DNA of 21,959 nt, taken from assembly GCA_964035545.1 (NCBI GenBank), contig CAXIUT010000062.1, positions 1 to 21,959 of the forward strand. Reading direction: 5' to 3'. Source of the stretch: Bugula neritina. Taxonomy: Eukaryota > Animalia > Bryozoa. The notes beneath the pieces are model-generated. The model was not told the origin of the DNA. It made no database searches and saw only the letters and a program-made list of their open reading frames with translations. Positions within the stretch are counted from its first letter, which is position 1, and the number at the start of each line of letters is the position of its first letter. The position numbers and the translations under genes were made by a program. Shown here piece by piece: positions 11,913 to 21,879 of the stretch.

Positions 11913-12688
11913 TTGGACTAAATATTTATTTTGGAGGGGAAAAATAACCGCTTATCAAAAATCAGAAATTAATTATGTTAATTTCAACTTTTAGTTCAGA
12001 TTTATTTATTCAATAACTACATATCGATACTAGTATATGATTTTTCATTTATTTTTCGAGTAATGATGAATAGAAAAATATTATATGATTTTTCTCTTTA
12101 TAAGATATCTTATTTTTAACTTAAAAATAGAATTTTTGAAACCTTAAAACCTTCTATCAAGTACTAAGTAGGATCTAATTAGACTAAAATTGAAATAAAA
12201 ACTATCTTAGAATATCAATTAAATATTTAAATCGCTGCGTTTTTCTTCTAATATACTGCATTCTGGTTATTTTGTGGACAATTAGATGATTCATGACCAA
12301 TCCTAAATATTTTTCCTAGTCTCTATAACTTCCCTCTGAATCTCAATTGCTTCATTATCACACTCCAAACTTATTCGCATTCTTAATTAGAAGTAAAAAA
12401 TACTGTTGCGGAATCCCTGGAAGTGGGAACTGAAAACTATTTGATGCACGAAGAAAGCTACCCATAGGGGAAGAAGAAGAGCGTATTTACAAGGCATTAT
12501 CACTTTAAAATTATTAAAAAATATTCATAAATGACTTATTAAAGTGATATTTTAAGGCGTTATTCACTTAAAAATATTAATAAGACTTTTATACTTGCCA
12601 AATCCCTTTCTAGGTCGAATAAGAGTGTTTTAGCTAGCAAGGAATAAATAACTCTTTGATTAGATTTGAGTTGATTTATGTTTTTATA

Positions 12689-13793
12689 ATGTGTTTGATA
12701 GCGGGTTTGGTCGTAATTGATTAGTTCACACTTAAACTACCAAATGCCTTCTACATCCTTACTCACTGGCATTCAGGTACAACTATTTTAATTGAGATCA
12801 TTATCAGGGTATTGGTAACAACTGGAATCATGGACTAATATTTGCATCAAAAATAACCCGTCAACTTCTGTTAACTAAATTTCCTAAATTGTAGAATAAG
12901 GTCATTGCTCTTCCTCTGAAAGAGTGGACTAGTTTAAGTGAGAGTCCATCAGTAGATGTGTTTATATTTGATTCTAATCATATGGCTGGATCAATTATGG
13001 TATTTCTTAGGGTAGAAGGGAGATACTATTTGCATACTGGAGATATGCGTTTTAATCCTAGAATAGCCCAAAATACAACTTAAATCTTTGAGGTATCATA
13101 AGAAGGTGGATATCTATGCAAGTATCCTATCAAATAGCTTCATTTGGATAACACATTTTGTGACCCAATATTTAAATTTCCTACCAGAGTAATCATTATC
13201 TTAATTAGTCTAAAGCTATAAAAATGTTAGTAGATCTAGTCACTGAGAATAACCCCTCAAGACTATTTCTTTGCACTGATTCAGTAGGTAAATAATAGGC
13301 TTTTATCGTATTAAGTCGCTACTATAAGATAAAAGTGGCTGTGACTGCTAGTAGAATGACTTACATAGCAGCTATGGACATCGCTTGGTAGAAATATTTT
13401 ACTCTTGATGGATCTGAAACTTGGATAGAGGTAATACCTAAAGGATAGAAAGATAAAAGAATAGGTCTAACTGCAGGTTCAATAGGGGTAACATTGACAG
13501 GATGGGCAAATCTCAGTCATGTTCATCCTGATGGATTTAACTCTTATTTAATTCCTTATTCTTTACATTCTAATTTCAAAGAAATGGAGCAGCTAGTAAG
13601 CTGGGTCAAACCTGAACGTTTAATCGGAGTGGTTAAAGAAGACAAGGCAAGGTGGTAAAGGTTTAACAAAAAAAACTTGAATTATAGCAACTATGTATTT
13701 AGTCTTTATGGAATCAAACAAAGAGGTATGGACTACTTTAGACAGTAATACTGTTATAAGTAAAATTCTTCAAAATCATTAGAATAATAGTGA
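12689..13793 (+). CDS. SNM1-family beta-CASP metallo-beta-lactamase nuclease (Apollo/SNM1B/Pso2/Artemis-like), 354 aa, two 20-nt introns (12777-12796, 13189-13208)
   Basis: VIDEF; LTHWHSDHYQG (restored by splicing intron 1); DSNHMAGSIM; YLHTGDMRF; LHLDNTFCDP; SVGKEE; LTGW; IPYSLHSNFKEM; VKP. Confidence 0.92.
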
Positions 13794-13859
13794 TTCTATG
13801 CTTATTATTCTAATCATATAATTTTTTGATTAAAATTAATATAATTAATGACAAAGACC

Positions 13860-14657
13860 ATGAAATCATTCATTTACTGTGCTCTTTCTCTTATTTTTAT
13901 TTCATGTTGTGTAGCTCATAGTCATATTCACTGGGTTGAAAGCAAGCATGATGAGAAGTGTTATACTCAGGGTCTTTCATTTATAAACTGCACTCATGTG
14001 TTATAATCATGTGGACTATATGGCGAATCATACTTCCAAATCTATGAATACTCTTCTCATAACTCTTCATTTACTTCTACTTTTAAAACAAAAATATTCC
14101 CGGATAAATATTTTCTATAAGGCTCAATATTATTTCCTCCCAACCAAATCATCTATATTCTAACTTGGCGATAACATCTTGTATTTCGATATCAATATTC
14201 AAACAAATCGAATGATTTCAAGTGGTTGTCTCCTTTGAAATGGAAGACTGAAGGATGGGGTCTCACTCATAACAACACTCATTTATTTGTAAGTGATGGT
14301 TCGAATAATTTGTATATTTGTGATTAGAACATGACTATTCTTAAAACAGTTCCAGTTATTGATCAGTTTAACAATTCTTTGTATAGTTTGAATTAGTTGG
14401 AATGGAAATAAGAAAGTGGGGTTCAGTATATTTATGCTAATGTTTATTTTCAGGCAGCTTTGTATAAAATTAACATGGAAGGGAAAGTTGTAGAAAGAAT
14501 AGATTTAGGACAATTGCAGAAAATATAATTAGAGCAGGGAGAACTCAACTATGATTATGTTTTTAACGGAATAGCTATTTGGAATAATACTATGGTTGTT
14601 ACTGGTAAAAAATGGAAAACTTTCTTTACGACTAAACATTGTAATGATGATTTATGA
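13860..14657 (+). CDS. Type-I (plant/bacterial/apicomplexan-type, beta-propeller) glutaminyl cyclase, secreted, 265 aa
   Basis: Signal peptide; YTQGL; LESCGLYGES; YFLEG; LTWRE; EGWGLT; SDGS; LNELEW; IYANV; VFNGIA; VTGKKW. An alternative in-frame ATG lies at 13848. Confidence 0.92.
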
Positions 14658-14757
14658 ACGATTTAATAAGAAGTAATATGATTAAGTTTTACTTTAATTT
14701 AATATTACTTTTAATATGATTGTTATATTTAAGAAGATAAGTGATAATGAATGATAT

Positions 14758-15301
14758 TCAGGCTTTATCAAGCATTTTATCTATAAATTTTTCATATCTA
14801 ATGATTCCATCTTCTGGTTAGCTTTCTTTAATCAACTACTCCACTTCTTCCTCACTCATAGCTACGCCATAAGTTCTTAAATAGTATCTCATCTAACTAA
14901 CAGATATATTTCCTCCTTTTTCACCATCAAATACTTTAAAACTCTCCATTAACTCCTACTTCATCATCATCTCACTTTCTTTATCTGCCTATTTAAACTA
15001 AAATCTACAACTAAAGCCAAAAAATCTGCAAAGTCAATTTTGGTTGAAACAAGAGGATTATCTGATTTTACGGCTCTGTCTCCCAACGAATCAACAACTG
15101 CATAGAAATGACTATACCTTCTTGCTAGCTGATAGTAACTCCAAATATTTTGAGAGCTCCAGGGACATCTTTGGCCTGTACATAACCATCTTGTTCTTTA
15201 TCGTAGCTATCAAATATTTGTCGATATTTTTTAGTGAGTTCTGGACTGATTTTAGGTTTAAGTTCAACTGTTTCTTAACTATTTTTCTGTGGGGGTTACA
15301 T
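14758..15301 (-). CDS. Calmodulin-like EF-hand protein, 167 aa, two 20-nt introns (15098-15117, 14989-15008)
   Basis: YRQIFDSYDKEQDGYVQAKD; IDFADFLALV; ELMESFKVFDGEKGGNISVSEMRYYLRTYGVAMSEEEVEELIKE; GIIRYEKFIDKM. Calmodulin fold with partly degenerate loops. Confidence 0.88.
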
Positions 15302-15465
15302 TTTCAGAATAATTATAATTCAAACTTATAAAACCTTTTTAGATTACTATCAAATAACTAAATATTTTGATAATTGATATTCTAGTAGTAGATATTGGTC
15401 TAATATTGATTAATTATAATGAGATGGAGTTATTTTATTAAGGTGCTGTAATAAATAATATTAAT

Positions 15466-15540
15466 GGGGTTGGGGTTGGGGTTGGGGTTGGGGTTGGGGT
15501 TGGGGTTGGGGTTGGGGTTGGGGTTGGGGTTGGGGTTGGG
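15466..15540 (+). repeat. Telomere tract (GGGGTT)12GGG, internal in this window
   Basis: Perfect G4T2 repeat, 75 bp, preceded by an AT-rich non-coding region. Confidence 0.97.
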
Positions 15541-15541
15541 T

Positions 15542-16868
15542 GTCTGGAAAGTGATAGATAAAAAAACTAAGAAAACTAAAGCTCTAAAAAAGAATTTTGA
15601 TGCCTTTAATAACTCCACTGATGCACAGAGAACTTACAGATAAATCATGTTCCTTATGGAATTAAGCCACCCCAATATAATCAAATTAGAATAAGTCATC
15701 AGAGCATAAAATAACAAAGATATCTACCTCGTCTTCTAGCATATGGATATAGACCTCTATACTCTCATCAGATAAGACATCCTTGCTGAACGTCATAGAA
15801 AATATATATTCTACCAAATAGCCAAATCTCTATACTACTTGCATTCTGCCAGTTTGATTCACAGAGATATCAAGCCTTCCAATGTTCTAGTCATTAGAAT
15901 TGCTAAGCTAAACTTTGTGATTTTGGACTTGTTCGACATATCGATGATGGTCTTTAAGATAATCAAGATATTTTAACGTAGTATATTGCCACTCGCTGGT
16001 ATAGAGCTCCTTAGATTCTTTTAGGTTCGAGAAGATATACGAAAGCTATTGATATTTGGAGTATGGGTTGTATGCTAGCTGAAATGCTAAAAGGAAAACC
16101 TTTGTTTGCTGGTACATCGACAATTAATCAATTGTAGAAGGTTCTTTTATGGACTGGGTCGCCTTCAGAGCAGGAAGTCAAGAGTTTGAAGTTGAATTCA
16201 GGTCATGAAGTATTTAAGTTATTAGGAAAAGTTAAAAAATGTAATAAAAAAGAATATATTCCTCATGCAAGTGACTAATGCATACATTTAATATCCCATA
16301 TGTTGTAATTTGATCCAGAGAAGAGAGCAAGTATATAGCAAATACTAGCTCATCCTTATTTATCATAGTTTTTTCATAAATAAGAACTAATAGTTTCAAA
16401 TGCCTCGATAAAAGTATCAGTAGATGACAATCAAAGACTATCACTAAAGATTACAGAAATATAATTTATGAAGATATTAGAAAAAAGAATAAATCAGCTA
16501 TAGATGTCAATAATACAACTCTTTATCGAATCAAACAAACTGTCAGAAAAAGTCAACCGAAAAAGAGTTAAAGTGCTGATCAGCGTGTTCCAACTGTATA
16601 GGATTAAAAACATAATAAAAAGTCATTTTATAAAAGAGATCCAGCCATTTTGAGTAAAGTTAGAAATGTAAAAACTATAGAAAAAGATTGGTAGCCAGTA
16701 TAAGCTAAGAAATCATTACTAGCAAAGTAAGGAGATAGATTTATTCATACTAAATATGACAACGAATGGGTACGAAAGAAGAGATCAACTACTGAGGGAA
16801 ATAATCCAAAAAAGAAGCCAACTAGATTAATACCAAGTCCAGCGACTCATAAACAGAAAGTTTATTGA
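15542..16868 (+). CDS. MAPK15: MAP kinase, ERK7/MAPK15 subfamily; 5'-truncated, with two apparent 1-nt deletions (about 15893 and 16447)
   Basis: [38 protein letters not shown]; [14 protein letters not shown]; HRDIKPSN; KLCDFGL; [19 protein letters not shown]; DIWSMGC; [13 protein letters not shown]. The Gly-rich loop and start codon are missing at the telomere junction. Confidence 0.9.
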
Positions 16869-16923
16869 AATGATAACTGATGGGCTGATATCAATTATTT
16901 GATATTTGATATTTAATTGAAAC

Positions 16924-17691
16924 ATGCAATCGGAAAGTGGTCCTCACAGGACAACCATTGATCCTTACTACAAACAGGGAAATGTCTTTGAAAGAGATTA
17001 GGCATATTATAGTCAAGTCCTCACTGGAACGAGAAAGACAAGTAACTTAAGGGGAAGTGCTCGTCAGTCATCTCTACAACGTTCGAATTTCAACGAAATT
17101 TAACGCTCCAATTTGAATGAACCAGTTAGACAGAACAGTCCTCCTCCTCAAAACAAAAAAGAAACAACCAATAACCAATATTATCAAATTGAATAAGCAC
17201 CGCCACAACAATAATTTTATCGATCTTCAAATAGATCTTATGGGCAAGCAGCTGGATCGAATACTGCAGCCTATGGAGAGTCTAATCGTGCCTATGGATA
17301 AGCAGAACAGTAAAATCATCTTTTGAAGAAACAACTTGAAGATCTTCTCAGTGGACATACTTAATTCGGACATAGTACTAACGTTATCAAACTATCTCAC
17401 TATAATATGAGTCATAATGATATGGAAAAGATCAAATAACTGGAATCCTAAATCAATAGACTATAAAGTGTAGTTTAGGCAAATGATAACAAGATCTAAA
17501 ACTATAAAAAGGCTGGAGAGGAACTATCTAAGAGAATGACAAATATTCAATCAATTGATAAATAAATTTATAAAACTCTTCAGGGTTCAGTTAATCGGGA
17601 TAAGGAACTTTTGTAAAGAGCTTCTTCGGCTATTGCTCGAGGCTAGCGCAGAGAAGATGTAGCAAAAATACTTCAACAAGTCATTAATTGA
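16924..17691 (+). CDS. Hypothetical protein, 255 aa, disordered N-terminal half and coiled-coil C-terminal half
   Basis: Clean ATG-to-TGA frame of 768 nt under TAR=Glu (MQSESGPHRTTIDPYY...ILQQVIN). Confidence 0.8.
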
Positions 17692-17784
17692 TATCTTCTG
17701 AAATATTCCTTTATTCCATCTTATTTTAAATCATATCATGATTCTCTTGATAAATAACAATAAACTTGGATATTTTATCACTAA

Positions 17785-18066
17785 ATGGAGAACAAAGCAT
17801 TTGATAGGGATCTTGAGTAAGCAGTTGAAAAAGTATTTCAGGCATATGATATTGATAACAGTGGAAAACTATAAGTAGATGAAGTGATAACTCTTATCAA
17901 TGATACCTTTTATCTCTTAAAACAAAATCGTAAAGTTACAGAAAAAGAAGTTAGATAATTCATGAAACAATAAGACTCAGATGGAGATGGACTCATATCT
18001 CAGACATAGCTTCTCTCTTTTTTTCATAGTATTCTCCTTAAATACAGTCGATAAAGAAAACACTGA
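17785..18066 (+). CDS. Small two-EF-hand calcium-binding protein, 93 aa
   Basis: Loops DIDNSGKLEVDE and DSDGDGLISQTE; the position-12 Glu of loop 2 is TAG 18007-18009. Confidence 0.88.
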
Positions 18067-18069
18067 TAA

Positions 18070-18754
18070 GTCATCTTTTATCTTTACTAAAGTTGATAGT
18101 AATAAGCTAGATGTTACAAATCTAAAAAGTATATCATTTTTTTTCTAATTATCTAAGTCGTCTATTTTAACAAATACTAACATTTCTTAGGAGATAAGGA
18201 ATTATTTTTACTCTCTTACTTCTTTTTATCCGATTTAAAGTTGTTATTGAATAATCTATTGTCTGCTTTGAAGTTTAACTCTTCTAGCAGTTAATCTCTT
18301 TAATTCCTATTAATACTTACTCTATTCATCTTATTGTTATTCATTGTCTTAGCTGATATTTTGGTATTTTCGAACTTGATTTTAACAATATTATATTTAA
18401 TTTTCTTTATTAGGGTAAATTACTTATTTATTCAAATGAACTGATCAAGTTTCCAGGACTTGAGTGACCTTTTTCTTTCAGAAATAAATCCAATTTTTAA
18501 CAACTTATAGATTGATAGTTTAAATTTTATTTTTGAAGGTTGGTTTTAATATCTTTGAGAATCATTCTGATATCAGATAGATATGCTTTTTATGATTGAT
18601 GTTTGAAGTTATAAGTTATGCGAACGAGTTGTTTAAATAGTTATGAATATTTGCTGTTAAGAGAAAGAGTTTACTTTAAAAGTTTTATATTTTTATTGTT
18701 TTTTGAGTTTATGCAGACTCTTTTATCGACTGATTGTTTTTTTTGGAATTTCAT
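18070..18754 (-). CDS. Possible hypothetical K/N-rich protein; 3' end unresolved
   Basis: An apparently TGA-free frame runs from ATG 18754 (MKFQKKQSVDKRVCINS...) for over 200 codons, but no clean stop is found before the neighbouring gene. Confidence 0.4.
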
Positions 18755-18849
18755 TTTTAACAGCTATTATTATTATCTAAATACTATTAAGAGATGATTA
18801 TTATTTTAAAGGAAAAAGTATGGTTAAAAAAACATAACAATATGAATGA

Positions 18850-20613
18850 TCAGCACATTTTTCCATTATTATTAGACATAATTCTTGCGAATGTAGCTAA
18901 AATAAGTTCTACATTGAGAACAACCTCCCCTTCTGAAGATTCTTAATCAAAACTTTCCAAAATAATCAAAGAAACAAAATCTCCAAAGGTATGATTGATA
19001 TGTCTGCTTAACAAATCTAAAAACACACTTCTACGAAGTACTTATCCTCTTATTCTTTATAATTATGTACTAGTTTTCTTGCTTTAGCTAATAAACATCT
19101 CCAAATATCTTCATTTTGAATATTTCTGCATTCAGTCATTTTGCTAACTCCTGCTTTAAGTATAGTCAGACATAATACTTTGTTTACTTCTTGTTTTTCT
19201 TTAAAAGTTACTACATTTTTTTTATTGATCTTATGTCATATATCTGACCAGCTTTATCGCTTCTTAACGATACATATTGACTGGCTAGTCACATAAAATA
19301 TCGACCAAACGTCCACAAGAAAGGTCATCTTCATCTGGTATCAACTGTTGTAAATTTTATAATTTACCACTTTAGAGACTTTTAACGATAAGCAATAAAG
19401 GCAACTCAAGATCTTAGAATTTTATTGGAGTTAGACGTTATATTTTAATAGGCATTAGAGGTTTAACATTTTATATTCTTTTCTTCTTACTTTGTTGCTA
19501 AAGTATTCTAAAATTTTATTTTTCTTTTTATAATTCATTTTTCAAATCTTAAATAATACGTCTAAGTCGACCATTATCTGATTTGAGTTAGCTTTTTTCT
19601 TTATCTTCCATACTTTGTTTATTTTCTAGTATTTTCTAATTTTTTTTCATTTTTAAATATTCAGTCGATAGATGTTCTTTCTCAGTTTATATTTTTTATA
19701 TATCTTGTCTTAGTTATTAAATTAATGATTTCAATCTCGTTATTTCTTAATTTTATTTCTTTATTGATCCGATCTAAGTTGAAATGCTTTTTTGAGTAAT
19801 ATATTTTTGGTTTAATTTTGTGCTTTTTAGAGTTATGCTTCTCTGATGGTTAATCTTTTTTTCATTTCTTAAAGTTCTTGTTTAAGATCATTGATTTGTC
19901 TTTTCTGTATGGTTTGTCTAGATTTGAGTATATTTTTTTAATTTAAAACAACCTGATAGTTCCTTTTAGTTTTTAATTTTATTATTTCATGAGTTTAAGT
20001 AATTTATTTTATAAACAATCTTCTTGTATATTCGATTGAGATGAAGATGAGATGATAGATTTTAATCTGAGTACTTATCTTTGTAGATGTTCCATTTATA
20101 TGTTATGTTCATCGAATACGCTAATATGAGGTAGTTTTTTCATTTGTTTTATTTTTTATTAAGAATTTAGATACAATTCGTTTAGTTCTTGTATTTTCTT
20201 TTTCAATATTTATGTGTAGACTTATAAACGTTTTCCATCGAAGTTTTATTGAATAGATTGTTACCATTTTTACTGAATACCTTATAGAAATTTAACCTTT
20301 TTCTAAAACTAATTTAACTTGAATTTTAAATGAGCTACTGACTGTCTTTCTATTTTCAGTTATTCTTTTAGGCTAATATTTATTTATTTAGTGTTTAATA
20401 ATCTCTTTTCTAAAACTTAGGTTTAAACTTTTTGATCTGGTAGTTGTTTTTTATCAGATTGATTTGGACGTAGTAGCTTGTCTAAAATGTTGTCTGCTGT
20501 TAGTTGGGTATTTTGAATTGAACATAGTTCGTCTTGACTGAATTATTTTATTTTTACACTGATGCGTCTTTGTAGAGAGATAATGCTCCTTTTTTCGATA
20601 TTACTCTTTTCAT
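18850..20613 (-). CDS. Large coiled-coil hypothetical protein; several unresolved frame changes
   Basis: Long E/K/L heptad-like stretches (VLEKRLLNTKEINISLKEELKIERQ; ELKSDNGRLRRIIEDLKNELEKEKE) and a globular C-terminus (ILCDEPVNMYREEAIKLVRYMTED...GKMC-TGA). The frame switches several times, from indels or unresolved introns, and this could be two genes. Confidence 0.55.
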
Positions 20614-20670
20614 ATTATAGAAAATCAACTTTTTTTAATCTGATATATATTAACTAAGGCGCCAAGAGTA

Positions 20671-21785
20671 ATGAGTCTTGACAAGTTTCTCAACATGAAA
20701 CCTCGTTCTATAGTCTAAAAGATGGACATATAAAACCCAGAAAAAACAACTACTCTCCCATGGATAGAAAAATAGTACTTTACCTTCCATATAGTCGTCC
20801 AAGTAAACTTAGTGAACTATCTTACCAAGAATAAGTCACTTCTTCTCTCAAAAATGTTCTCAAAACAGGAAACGTAGATGTATCATAAGTTAGATGCCTC
20901 ATTTATTATTTTATGGACCTGCTGGTACTGGAAAAACTTCTGCTATCATTGCTCTGAGTAAGGAGCTTTTTGGGTATATATCTGATTGATTCAGTCCTAA
21001 ATTTTACAAAGAAAGGATACTTGAGTTAAATGCTTCAGATGAAAGAGGGATCAATGTGATTAGATAGAAAGTGAAGAAGTTTGCCCAGCAAATGTGCGCC
21101 AAAAACCCTGATAAGTACTAATAGCCTCATAAAGAAATTATCTATGTCCTAATTATAAAATCATTGTCCTGGATGAAGCAGATCTGATGACTACTGACGC
21201 CCAGAGTGCTCTCAGAAGAGTCATTGAAGATAATTCTTCAAATACTCGTTTTGTATGATTTGCAATTATATCACCAAGTACGACTTTCTTACTCAGAATC
21301 ATCGAACCACTGGCATCTCGTTTTATTAAATTTAGGTTTAAATCTATTCCTCTTCCTGTTCAAATTTAAAAACTTCATACTATTTGCAAAGCAGAAGGAG
21401 TTATGCTTGAGTAGAAACAGATAAATGCTTTACTCGAGAAAGGAGATCTGAGACAATCTATAAATAGTCTTCAAAGTTTTCAAAAGTTGGAAGTTATACC
21501 TCAAGATGTGTTACCAATTGGTTAATAGTTTGGAGAACATGTTGTTGATAAAATTAGGAGTTGTTTATCTATGAAAGAAGTGGTTGAAGTGGCAAAATAA
21601 ATAGCTTATGGGGATACGCGAGTGATGAAGTATTAAAGAGTTTAAATTTGTCAATTATGAATTGTAAGATGGATGGAAGGAGAAAGGCAATGATACTTGA
21701 AGGTTTGAGTAAAGCTTAGGAAAGTCTTATTCTTGGAGCTTCAGATTACCACTTACAGAAGTTCTCACTTCTATTTATTATGTGA
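20671..21785 (+). CDS. RFC4: Replication factor C small subunit (human RFC4 / yeast Rfc2 type); five tiny introns (20775-20794, 20874-20893, 20974-20994, 21115-21134, 21278-21296) and two apparent 1-nt deletions
   Basis: PWIEKYRP; [16 protein letters not shown]; [22 protein letters not shown]; [25 protein letters not shown]; TRF[C][23 protein letters not shown]; [11 protein letters not shown]. Confidence 0.93.
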
Positions 21786-21879
21786 TCAATCTGAACTCAT
21801 GATAAAATTGATTGTCTTCTAAATATGAATAAAATTTTCTACTATTTTAAACGAATATATATGAATTATTTCAGAAGAA

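Noticed and set aside
13785-13793. TAA TAG TGA at the SNM1 end (and TAA TGA in the IQ gene) as context-dependent UAR termination
   Set aside because: Every resolved gene has an in-frame TGA, and TAR-Glu codons are frequent, so adjacency is expected.
6213-15540. Telomere-bearing transposon (TBE/Tel-like) or CRISPR-like array bounded by the internal repeats
   Set aside because: The tracts are in direct orientation, with no terminal inverted repeats, transposase or spacers; the contents are ordinary cellular genes.
15430-15618. Supplied ORF with a (PN)n repeat
   Set aside because: It is the translation of the telomere tract plus antisense MAPK sequence, not a gene.
12689-18066. Standard ciliate code (UAR=Gln) or split UAA/UAG code
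   Set aside because: Both codons fall at invariant Glu positions (TEY, APE, GKE, LNELE, FxEG).
1347-21424. Most ORFs in the supplied track (e.g. 1347-1583, 2421-2651, 4079-4381, 8301-8555, 9725-9976, 15044-15331, 16232-16444, 17117-17326, 21206-21424)
   Set aside because: They were computed with TAA/TAG as stops and are antisense or off-frame to genes found with TAR=Glu. Only 3250-3459, 3938-4240 and 5062-5355 are fragments of real frames.
20671-21785. RFC and MAPK as pseudogenes
   Set aside because: The motifs are otherwise intact and the lesions are mostly 1-nt homopolymer deletions typical of long-read error.
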